Notes: a model not told the origin generated them from the sequence alone. Positions 7,370-15,900 are shown, counted from the first letter of the stretch. The stretch is 32,000 bases of DNA from Candidatus Heimdallarchaeota archaeon (GCA_030149205.1 JASBSB010000006.1:480001-512000); one strand, 5' to 3'. Program-made: numbers and translations.

Positions 7370-8557
7370 TTATGTTGGTTTATACCTTGGAAGATCATGA
7401 GATAATGGTTTGTCATCTCGGTATCCTAGAGCATATCTTGCTTGAATGATTTCTTGAACTTGATCAGTTCCCTCATAAATTCTTGCACCTCTGGCGTTCC
7501 TCCAATATCTTTCGACAGGATATTCTCCAGAATAGCCGTATGATCCATGAATTTGAATTGAGTCATCCGCACACTGTGAGGCAACATTTGTGGCATGCCA
7601 TTTCGCCAACGCTGTTTCTTTTGTGTTTCTTCTTCCAACATTTTTCATCCAACCAGCTTTGTAAACCAATAACTCTGCAGTTTCTATCCCTCTGACCATA
7701 TGGGCAATTAGTCTTTGAACCAACTGATGCTGACCAATCTCAACTCCAAAAGTTTTTCTGGTTTTAGCATAAGCAACTGCAGCATCATAGGAAGCCTTTG
7801 CTAATCCTACACTTCCAGCTGCAACGGTGTATCTTCCATTGTCTAAGCAGCTCATTGCAATTTTGAATCCATCACCTTCTTTACCAACCAGGTTTGCTTT
7901 AGGAACCTCAACTTCGTCATACGTGATGAATCCTGTATTTCCTGCTCTCACACCTAACTTGTTCTTGATACTCCCGGTTGAAACACCTTTAAACTCTCTT
8001 TCAACTATAAACGCAGAAATTCCTCTGTGCCCCTTAGATTTGTCAGTATACCCAAATGTCAAAAATTGATCCGCGGTGTCTGCCAAAGAAATCCACATTT
8101 TGTTCCCAGATAAAATATATGAGTCTCCATCTTTTTTAGCGCTTGTTTCAATTGAAGCAACATCTGAACCAGCATTAGGTTCGGTTAGAGCGTAGGTCGC
8201 AATCCGTTTCCCCTGTGCTTGAGGGACAAGGTACTTCTGTTTTTGCTCTTCAGTACCCCATTGAAGCAAACCTAATGAGTTTAATCCAGTGTGAACTGAC
8301 ATGACCACTCGTAAAGATGTATCCACATACTCGAATTCTTCACTCACCAGGCCTAAGGAAATGTAATCTAAGCCTGCACCGCCATACTGTTCAGGAATAC
8401 ACACACCCAGAAAACCATTTTCACCCATCTCAAGAATTGTTTTTCTGTCATAGGTTTGATTTCTATCCATCTCAGGGATTTGGGGTGCCACACTACTAGC
8501 AAAACTCTTTGCAGATTGTCTGATTGTCTTATGTTCATCAGAAAAATCGAAATCCAT
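7370..8557 (-). CDS. Acyl-CoA dehydrogenase
   Basis: YALTEPNAGSD, LSGNKMWIS, KLGVRA, LDNGR, IQIHGSYGY, IYEGT. Confidence 0.95.
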   Translation of the reverse strand: MDFDFSDEHKTIRQSAKSFASSVAPQIPEMDRNQTYDRKTILEMGENGFLGVCIPEQYGGAGLDYISLGLVSEEFEYVDTSLRVVMSVHTGLNSLGLLQWGTEEQKQKYLVPQAQGKRIATYALTEPNAGSDVASIETSAKKDGDSYILSGNKMWISLADTADQFLTFGYTDKSKGHRGISAFIVEREFKGVSTGSIKNKLGVRAGNTGFITYDEVEVPKANLVGKEGDGFKIAMSCLDNGRYTVAAGSVGLAKASYDAAVAYAKTRKTFGVEIGQHQLVQRLIAHMVRGIETAELLVYKAGWMKNVGRRNTKETALAKWHATNVASQCADDSIQIHGSYGYSGEYPVERYWRNARGARIYEGTDQVQEIIQARYALGYRDDKPLSHDLPRYKPT

Positions 8558-8650
8558 AGTGTATATTACATAAATCAGTTTATCAGTAAATCGATTTGTA
8601 TTTGCTTTTCTAACAATTTTCTAAAAATTGTGTACCAATCTTTACAACTA

Positions 8651-8983
8651 TTAAATTTCAATGTCGATTCCAAGGGCACTTTTCACAAGTTCACGGAGAG
8701 TGCTAGTCTCTCGATCACTGTGTCCTTCTGGACCGGGGATTTCAACAACAACTGGCCATGGTCTCCTAGTTACTCTATTCAATATCATTCTGTTTAGATC
8801 TGCTAATCTTTCAGTGATGATTAAGACTGCAACATTCTCTCTATTTACAAGCTCTATTAGCTTTTCCTGACCATTACCCTCTTTGATTGAATATATTTCT
8901 TTTATCCCAGCGAGATTCAACCCAAGTGCTGTCATTTCATCTGTAATTCCAACAATTTTGGTTCTTGCTTGTCTGCTGCTCAT
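8651..8983 (-). CDS. atpF: A/V-type ATP synthase subunit F
   Basis: I.GITDE.T.LG..LAGI, VAVLIITE and PVVVEIP are characteristic of subunit F. Confidence 0.88.
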   Translation of the reverse strand: MSSRQARTKIVGITDEMTALGLNLAGIKEIYSIKEGNGQEKLIELVNRENVAVLIITERLADLNRMILNRVTRRPWPVVVEIPGPEGHSDRETSTLRELVKSALGIDIEI

Positions 8984-8992
8984 TAGTTACCA

Positions 8993-9304
8993 TCATTCCA
9001 AGACTATCTTCTTGACTGCCTCAATTACTTGAGAACGTTTGCTCTGGCTGGATTTTTGAAGCTCTTCTTTTTTTAGTTCAAATTCTGTTTGAATAGAATT
9101 AATTTGAGACTCACTTTCTTTTTCAACCTTCAGTAATAGTTGCTTCTTTTCCTCTTCTGCTTGTGATTTTGCCTTAGCTATGATCTCATTAGCTTTGGTT
9201 TCTGTTTCAGTTATAAGCTCTTCGACTTGCTTACGGGCTAGGTTTTCTTCCTCATTGATTTTTTTCTCTAAATCAAGAATTTGGTTCAGTATGTCAGAAC
9301 TCAT
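8993..9304 (-). CDS. A/V-type ATP synthase peripheral stalk subunit H(G)
   Basis: Charged all-helical 103-aa protein (ILNQILDLEK...A.EII.KAK.QAEEE) directly upstream of subunit F. Confidence 0.7.
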   Translation of the reverse strand: MSSDILNQILDLEKKINEEENLARKQVEELITETETKANEIIAKAKSQAEEEKKQLLLKVEKESESQINSIQTEFELKKEELQKSSQSKRSQVIEAVKKIVLE

Positions 9305-9381
9305 AGATATTCTCCAAATTCACTTAATCAAGTACCTATTAAAAGAAATTTGTTTGTGTGACAGAGGATTTTGAACTTAAT

Positions 9382-9870
9382 TTACTGCTTATTGTAATGT
9401 TTTACCTTAACTCCAACTCCTTTTTGAAATGAGAGAAGAGCATGCGTCGGATGATTGGAAACTCCAACTGCAAGTAAATCTCCCTGTTGATCAAGCACAA
9501 AAACCTCAGAATTGGGTTGAATCCCCTGAGAGGCTGAGCTTATATGTTTTGTGAATAAACTTTTCCCAGTAGCAACAAACGGGACTGCTTCGTCAACCGC
9601 GACCACAATATGATCTTGTAATCCAAATTTTAAGAGAAGTAGTCCTCCTTGATATGTTGGAATAAAACGCCCATCAGTGGGACGAAAACTGAAAGAGAGA
9701 GAACCATTGATATGAACGTAATTTATCCTTCCTGTCTTTTTAGAATATGATACACTAACATTACACTCTTTTACCAGTCTATTTACATCAACAGAGGGAA
9801 ATTGAAAATGCAGGATAGTGGTAAATCGAAGAATATCCAGACTTGTAGGTTCATTTAATCTCTTCAACAA
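9382..9870 (-). CDS. PUA-domain protein (stand-alone archaeal tRNA-guanine transglycosylase C2-PUA region, COG1370-like)
   Basis: QF...SKKTGRI.Y..RPTDGRF.PT..GG; V.DEAVPFV..GKS.F.KH; EV.V.D..G.LLAVG; G.GVKV. Confidence 0.8.
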   Translation of the reverse strand: MLKRLNEPTSLDILRFTTILHFQFPSVDVNRLVKECNVSVSYSKKTGRINYVHINGSLSFSFRPTDGRFIPTYQGGLLLLKFGLQDHIVVAVDEAVPFVATGKSLFTKHISSASQGIQPNSEVFVLDQQGDLLAVGVSNHPTHALLSFQKGVGVKVKHYNKQ

Positions 9871-9946
9871 TTTTTGATTTCAAGTATGTATATAAAATTT
9901 GGGACTTTTTCTGTGAAGAAGTTAATGTATATGGATAGACCTATTA

Positions 9947-10978
9947 TTATAGTGTGATTTCAGGTGTGGGAAGATGGGTTTGTTCAGAAAGTGAATATGA
10001 ATATGACAAAATAGTTGTTGATAGAATGAGGATTATTGCACCAACGTACTGAACCATAGTTAAAGGTGTGCTATTAAATAGTGGCAATAGGATGAACAAA
10101 GAGAACGGGTAAGCCAATTCAAAAATGGTTGAGACACTTGCCTTAGTTCTTTTCAAACCAAAGTAATAAATCAAAAGGGAAAGAAGTCCAACTACAATTG
10201 ATAAGTATAACAATGACGTTAGAACAGAAACGTCTGTCGATAGTTTCATTAAATTTGGAAATCCCTCTGGATTAACTGAATTAGGTATAGTAACTAACAC
10301 TGTTAAGAAAATAAAAGCAATCAGAAATCGAAAAGTTGTCATCTGCTGAAATTCGAGTTTTTGTTGACTGTGTTCTAAAAGATATCTTCCAAACACTGTT
10401 GATGCACCCCAAAGGACTGCAGCAGTTAAGCCTAATAACGCTGCTGTAACACCTAATGGATTTGAGAAATTCAATGTCACAATTGAAATTACCCCTGAAA
10501 ATGTGTTTGTTTGATTGCTCAATGAAGGGAAATTAATAAGATAGACACCAATTATCGCAACAAGTGATAAAGGAATATAATTTGAAGGAAGTTTCTCCTT
10601 TAATAATAATTTTGCAAGACCAATTGCTATGATTGGTTGGGTTTGTTGGAGCAAAACTATTACTGCAATAAATTCAAATGGTCTTCCCAAATAAAATGCT
10701 GCTGTTAATGCAATGGTAGCTAATGCACTACCACCTATCCCAATAAATAGCAATGCAAACCAATCAAAACCTGAAAATTTGCCTAAACCCCCAATGTACT
10801 TGAAAACAAGAGGAGATATGATAAGTATTATAATTAGGTGATCTACAAATACCAGTTGAATGGGGCTAATTTTCCCATTAAGCGAAGTACGAACAAAGGC
10901 ATCTGTTGTCCATAAAAACGCTGCAAAGGCGATAAATAAAGGGCCAAAGTTAAATGAAAACTTTGATTTTTCTTCCAT
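9947..10978 (-). CDS. EamA/DMT-family transporter
   Basis: About 10 TM helices in two repeats, QP.I...LA..LLKEK, ELAYP. ATG at 10978 is preferred over the ORF-track start at 11041. Confidence 0.88.
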   Translation of the reverse strand: MEEKSKFSFNFGPLFIAFAAFLWTTDAFVRTSLNGKISPIQLVFVDHLIIILIISPLVFKYIGGLGKFSGFDWFALLFIGIGGSALATIALTAAFYLGRPFEFIAVIVLLQQTQPIIAIGLAKLLLKEKLPSNYIPLSLVAIIGVYLINFPSLSNQTNTFSGVISIVTLNFSNPLGVTAALLGLTAAVLWGASTVFGRYLLEHSQQKLEFQQMTTFRFLIAFIFLTVLVTIPNSVNPEGFPNLMKLSTDVSVLTSLLYLSIVVGLLSLLIYYFGLKRTKASVSTIFELAYPFSLFILLPLFNSTPLTMVQYVGAIILILSTTILSYSYSLSEQTHLPTPEITL

Positions 10979-11084
10979 ATTGTCAATGGAGAATATCGGT
11001 ACAAAAACATTCAGATTATTTATCTTGTAAATTTCAAGCAAGTTTTAATGGGAAAAAATCAGTTTGGACACAAATTATATTCTC

Positions 11085-11750
11085 TTAGATGGAATCGAGT
11101 TTCTCTAAAGCTTTTAAGAGTTCTTCATTATCTTTATCGGTAGTTGGAACTTCAGGAAGTTCAGTTTTCTCCGGACTCTTTTGTGTGCTGGTTTCTTTGC
11201 TAGGTACTGTCTGTGGTGATGGGATAGTCCTTGATAGAGGGGGAGAGACAGGTACACTAGCTGTAGGTTTAGGGATACTGCTGCTTTTAGTAGGAGCAGG
11301 GGGTATAGAAGCAGTAATTGGTGCAGGTTTTGGGGCTACTGATTCAGTCTTTCTCTCTGGAACTGGGGTTGAAGGTATTGAATGATGTGAGATTGGAGTA
11401 GGAATATCAGGATTAACTTTTTGCGGGGTTATGGTACGTTCAATGCTAGACTTTGACTGTTGGACAAGGTCTTCAAGCTTTTTCTCTAATATGGAAACTT
11501 TTTCATTCAACCCTTTCAGATCCGTCTGAGTGGATTGTGCTGCACCTTTTTCCATTCTTATAATTTGATCCTTCATCTGTGTTATTTCTTGGTTGAAACT
11601 GTTTAACCTCTCATCAAGTTCTGCAAATTTTAGACTAACTTGTTCTCTTAACTTATCTATATTTTGAACAATAAATTTTAATGTCCTTTTAATCGGACTT
11701 GCTTCATCAGACACTAAATAGTTTAGGTGATTACTGTTATTAAACTTCAC
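11085..11750 (-). CDS. Hypothetical coiled-coil protein with proline-rich linker and short C-terminal amphipathic helix
   Basis: Heptad-like region about aa 20-100, P/S/T-rich region about aa 105-200, ends NEELLKALEKLDSI. GTG start is uncertain. Confidence 0.75.
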   Translation of the reverse strand: MKFNNSNHLNYLVSDEASPIKRTLKFIVQNIDKLREQVSLKFAELDERLNSFNQEITQMKDQIIRMEKGAAQSTQTDLKGLNEKVSILEKKLEDLVQQSKSSIERTITPQKVNPDIPTPISHHSIPSTPVPERKTESVAPKPAPITASIPPAPTKSSSIPKPTASVPVSPPLSRTIPSPQTVPSKETSTQKSPEKTELPEVPTTDKDNEELLKALEKLDSI

Positions 11751-11964
11751 GTTTTATGTGTAGACTAGCTCATTTTAGGTGGTGTTCTCAAATTTTAAAG
11801 TAATTTATGTGGATTAAACTTCATCTCATAATGACAGACTAACTGAATTGGTACTTCCCAAGAAAAAAATACGGTTGAATATGAAGGGCAGAAATATAAA
11901 TTAATTAGGTGAAAAATTTATTGATTATTACGACACCTAGGTAAATAAATTTCAATTAAATCTC

Positions 11965-12372
11965 TCAGGTGGTCAGAGATAATAGAGCATCAGCTAAATC
12001 TCCTTTAGATTTTATTAAAGCTTCACGTGCCTGTTCTGGTGAAACTGATGCTTTATCACTTATAAATTTAACATCTGCATCTGACACTTCAATTTCAACA
12101 ACCTCCTCTTGACTGGTATCTGTATCCAAAGAAGTTTCCCTAACATTACTGGTTGTAATTGTATAGATCTCCTGCCCGCTCATCTTTAAAATTTGTACAG
12201 TTGCATCAGTTAAAATAATTTGTGAGTCTGATTTTTTGATAATGACTTCTTTGACGTCATCAACCTCTTTGACATCCATCTGGTTCATAGCCTGTTTCAT
12301 ACCTTTTTGGGACATTCCGGGAATGTTTTGATTTCTTTTTGCTGCCCTTCTGGCTTTTCTTCTTGCGCTCAT
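11965..12372 (-). CDS. nac: Nascent polypeptide-associated complex protein (NAC domain plus UBA domain)
   Basis: MKQAMNQM.V.E..DV.EVII; C-terminal D.DVKFI..KA.VS.E.AREAL....GDLA.AL..L. Confidence 0.92.
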   Translation of the reverse strand: MSARRKARRAAKRNQNIPGMSQKGMKQAMNQMDVKEVDDVKEVIIKKSDSQIILTDATVQILKMSGQEIYTITTSNVRETSLDTDTSQEEVVEIEVSDADVKFISDKASVSPEQAREALIKSKGDLADALLSLTT

Positions 12373-12426
12373 AATTTAGAATTTTCGTATCATAAATAAA
12401 TTGTTTTGTTTTGTATAATCAAGAGA

Positions 12427-12516
12427 TGCGCAATGCGGGAATTTCGGAGACAATCCTCTATCGAACCCGCTCCCTAAGCTTGGGAAGCTCATGTGCTACC
12501 ACTACACTAATTGCGC
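12427..12516 (-). tRNA. tRNA-Gly(CCC) with a T-loop 59/60 intron
   Basis: Acceptor stem GCGCAAT/ATTGCGC plus A73; TGAGC-TT-CCC-AA-GCTTA; T-stem GCGGG/CCCGC. The mature form is 71 nt. Confidence 0.93.
12441..12459 (-). other. tRNA-Gly non-canonical T-loop 59/60 intron (19 nt)
   Basis: Perfect BHB: central helix TTCG/CGAA, bulges AT^A and AT^T, intron stem GAGG/TCTC. Confidence 0.9.
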
Positions 12517-12565
12517 CTACTAATAGAGTTGTGTGAGCTTATTTATAGATTTTTGTCTGTTTTAT

Positions 12566-14608
12566 TCAATTTTTATAGGTTTTTGGTGTAAGTATTTGCT
12601 TATCTTTTACTTTCGTTTCCTTAGGTGTGTGAACCATGATTTTTTCTCCCTCAAAATCATCTAATATAGAATTCAACGTGGGGGATGATGTGTGTCCACT
12701 AAGCTTTAGGCGATCAATGTCTTGCTTGAAATTTAAACCTGATTTTTTGTTTAATAACGCAAATCCAAGACTTGTAGGGGCTTGATATCCAGTAAATAAT
12801 ATACTGGTGTTTGGATCATCTTTAGTTGCCTCTGCTAAACCTCTGGCTGTACCTGCTTGTAGCATACCATGACCACCTATTACTATAGTTTTCTCTATAA
12901 ATTCATCAGGCCTTACAGTTCTGTTCAAACTTAATTGTTTTTTTAATAATGGAGTTGTTTCAAACTGATAACGCAACTTTTTCATAACTGTCGATCCCAT
13001 ACCTGTAATTTTGATTTTCCAGTCTTTAGGGACCCCAGTTTTTATCAATTGATATAGTACCTCCTGAGTTCGTCCTACTGAAAATGCAGGAATCAGGATC
13101 TTATCATATGATTGAAACTTAGATTTAAGTTTATCAGAGTTGGACACTTCATTTGATTCTGCTTTATTGTAATAAGTTCCATCAAAGATAAGTTTTGTTG
13201 CATTATCCAATGGAACTTTTGCCCCAGGAAAAATTACTGTTCCATCTGCATTAAAATCACCAGTATAAATTATACTTTTGTTTCCAATTTTTATTTCAAA
13301 CATAGATGATCCAAATAAATGGGAGGCATTATGTGGAATAATCTCAACATTTGGAAGGATATTTATGCTCTGACCATATTCTATCTCAATGGTTTGATCT
13401 AGTGTATTAAGAATGTTAGATTTGTTAGTCAAATTCGACAGTGTCTTAGAGTTTTTGACAACCTGTTTAGAATAAACTTTCTTCAAAATATTTGCTGTGT
13501 CATTCCACAACATTTCTGAAATTACCTTGGTTTCCTTTGTCATAAACACTGGTAGATTCTTTTGCTCTAAAAATAATAGAGGTAAGGCACCAGAATGATC
13601 AAGATGTGCATGTGATACAAAAACTGCATCTAATCCTTCCAAGTAAGGTAGCCAGTTTGGAATGCTGTTGTTAACAACGCTCATCCCAAAATCAAACAAT
13701 AGCAATCCTGAATTAGTTTTAATAAGAATTGATGAGTGCCCAATGTGGGAACCACCAGGGAAATATATTTTTATCTGTTCTAAAACTTCAGGTCTTGAAA
13801 AAACAAACTTAGGGATCAGATCCATAGCGATTTTTGGTGGAAAATTACTTGCAATGTCTCCATCTAGTGAAACCTTTGGTAGTTTGGAGAGTTTATCACC
13901 AAACACTCTGAAAGACGGGGGAAAATCTTTTAAGAGTGTATCACTTGAATTAATTTTCTTGTACAATTCCTCCCATGAGGTTGAAGTAGGAAGGGAACTT
14001 ACACTTTCGGTAATCATATGTTTAATCAACTGTGATTTTACTGGTGCATCAACCCAATCAGTCAATTCAGACAGAAATTGTTGAGAATATTCATTGAGAT
14101 GTTCAAAAAATACACTCGGTTTGGTTCTCAGAAGTTTTTGAGACCTCGAAATCTTCTGATAGTGTGATATTGTTTGAGAATCTACCTCTGCATGCGTGTA
14201 CTCTTGCAAGTAATAAATTAATTCCTCTGGATTTGGATATCCTATATTAAGTAAATCTCGTAAACTCAATGCAGATTTCATAAGTTCAGCTACTGTAGTG
14301 ACAGACTCAATAAAATAAAAAATGAATACTGTGTTCACTCCATCCAGAAGACCTTTGGAATATATTTGACGTGTTAAACCAATAAATTCATCATCTGAAA
14401 TTTGATCGGAATATTTTTTGTAGTACATAAATTTAGGAATAAACGAGCTATATTCAATTTCATCATTTTGAACTAACCAAAGTAAGTCATTCATATTTTT
14501 TATAAATTCAATATCAAGCTCATGAGGGATGTGTTCATTGTTTTTTCCATTTGCTATCAAGCTAATTATTGAGTGATACAAAGGATTTTCTATCTCATTT
14601 AAATTCAC
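12566..14608 (-). CDS. Beta-CASP metallo-beta-lactamase ribonuclease (aCPSF/CPSF73-like) with an approximately 275-aa N-terminal extension
   Basis: GG..IG.S.IL, DFG, HAHLDH, SH.FGS, TGDFN, DGTY, PAFSVGRTQE, TGYQ, SGH and VH motifs. Confidence 0.85.
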   Translation of the reverse strand: MNLNEIENPLYHSIISLIANGKNNEHIPHELDIEFIKNMNDLLWLVQNDEIEYSSFIPKFMYYKKYSDQISDDEFIGLTRQIYSKGLLDGVNTVFIFYFIESVTTVAELMKSALSLRDLLNIGYPNPEELIYYLQEYTHAEVDSQTISHYQKISRSQKLLRTKPSVFFEHLNEYSQQFLSELTDWVDAPVKSQLIKHMITESVSSLPTSTSWEELYKKINSSDTLLKDFPPSFRVFGDKLSKLPKVSLDGDIASNFPPKIAMDLIPKFVFSRPEVLEQIKIYFPGGSHIGHSSILIKTNSGLLLFDFGMSVVNNSIPNWLPYLEGLDAVFVSHAHLDHSGALPLLFLEQKNLPVFMTKETKVISEMLWNDTANILKKVYSKQVVKNSKTLSNLTNKSNILNTLDQTIEIEYGQSINILPNVEIIPHNASHLFGSSMFEIKIGNKSIIYTGDFNADGTVIFPGAKVPLDNATKLIFDGTYYNKAESNEVSNSDKLKSKFQSYDKILIPAFSVGRTQEVLYQLIKTGVPKDWKIKITGMGSTVMKKLRYQFETTPLLKKQLSLNRTVRPDEFIEKTIVIGGHGMLQAGTARGLAEATKDDPNTSILFTGYQAPTSLGFALLNKKSGLNFKQDIDRLKLSGHTSSPTLNSILDDFEGEKIMVHTPKETKVKDKQILTPKTYKN

Positions 14609-14679
14609 TTAACAGTTGGTAATTTAATTCAAATACAAAAGTTTCTAACAAATGATTAATAATAGTAAATTTGTGAAAT

Positions 14680-15708
14680 TTATTTAATCCCCATAATCTG
14701 TAATGCCGTATTCCAGTGTTCCTCATCAACTGTCTTTAAATTTGCAACAGCGTCAGCCAAATCAACCGGAATAATTTTTGTTCCTTTAAGTGCAGGCATT
14801 TTTCCAAATTCTCCATCTTTAAGGAGATTAATAGCAGCTAGACCCAATCTTGTACACAACACCCGATCATAAGCACTGGGTGGGCCCCCTCGTTGAATAT
14901 GGCCTAGAGTAATTGCTCTGGTTGGGACATTTAATTCATTCTTTAACTCATCCGCAATTTTTTGACCTATGTTTATTTTCTCCATTCTGATGTGCCCAAA
15001 TTCATCCTTTATAAAATGTTCTTCATGCTCTTCTGTGAACCCATAACCCTCTGACACAGCAATAATACCCCATTCCTTCCCAGATTCATACCTTTTCTTT
15101 ATCAACTCTACAACTGTGTTAAAGGGTAATGGATATTCCGGGATGAGAATCACATGAGCACCACCTGCAATTCCAGAGTACAAAGTCAACCACCCTGCAT
15201 GTCTCCCCATAAGTTCAACCACTATAACCCTATCATGTGACTTAGCTGTAGTTTTTACCTTGTCTAAGGCATCTGTTGCTATCGTAACAGCAGTATTGAA
15301 ACCGAAGGTATAATCAGTTTCATCAAGATCATTATCAATTGTTTTAGGAATTCCAACTATACGAATACCTTCTTGAGTAAGTTTATTTGCAACACCCAAG
15401 GTGTCCTCACCTCCAATTGCGATGATTGAATCTAGTTCAAAATTTTGTATTGTTGATTTTATTTTGTTTATCCCTTCAGGGTCTTTGTAGGGATTAACTC
15501 TTCCAGATTTTAAGATTGTTCCTCCTAGGTTTAATAAATCATCAGGGTCATCAGGCAGTGAAAGGGTCTCACCATCCATCAATCCCTTCCAGCCCCCCTT
15601 AAATCCAAAGAATTCATAACCGAGTAACTTTCCATGAATTAAGATTGCGCGTATTACAGTATTCATCCCAGGGGTATCTCCACCTGAGGTTAATATTCCA
15701 ACCTTCAT
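14680..15708 (-). CDS. pfkA: 6-phosphofructokinase, PfkA family group III, probably PPi-dependent
   Basis: LTSGGD.PG.N, GGTIL.SGR, GGEDT, PKTIDND, ELMGRHAGW, LGHIQRGG. Confidence 0.92.
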   Translation of the reverse strand: MKVGILTSGGDTPGMNTVIRAILIHGKLLGYEFFGFKGGWKGLMDGETLSLPDDPDDLLNLGGTILKSGRVNPYKDPEGINKIKSTIQNFELDSIIAIGGEDTLGVANKLTQEGIRIVGIPKTIDNDLDETDYTFGFNTAVTIATDALDKVKTTAKSHDRVIVVELMGRHAGWLTLYSGIAGGAHVILIPEYPLPFNTVVELIKKRYESGKEWGIIAVSEGYGFTEEHEEHFIKDEFGHIRMEKINIGQKIADELKNELNVPTRAITLGHIQRGGPPSAYDRVLCTRLGLAAINLLKDGEFGKMPALKGTKIIPVDLADAVANLKTVDEEHWNTALQIMGIK

Positions 15709-15836
15709 AATTTACACGATAAAACTTTATTATTAAAACTGAAGCATCAACTCTAAATTTTTTCTTAATTTATTGTTAGTATTAGCTCCAAGGGTAAGAT
15801 ACTTTAAATCTTGTCACTCTAGTGAGGAGTAGACCA

Positions 15837-15900
15837 CCCCGATGATGAAACTTAAGGTTTGCTGAATTATTTTATGAGGAAAATCTGGAGCACTGAGGGG
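15837..15900 (+). ncRNA. Box C/D 2'-O-methylation guide sRNA (64 nt)
   Basis: Terminal stem CCCC/GGGG. C box ATGATGA 15842-15848, D' CTGA 15862-15865, C' ATGAGGA 15874-15880, D CTGA 15893-15896. Guides of 13 and 12 nt. TTTAAA TATA box at 15803-15808. Confidence 0.88.
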
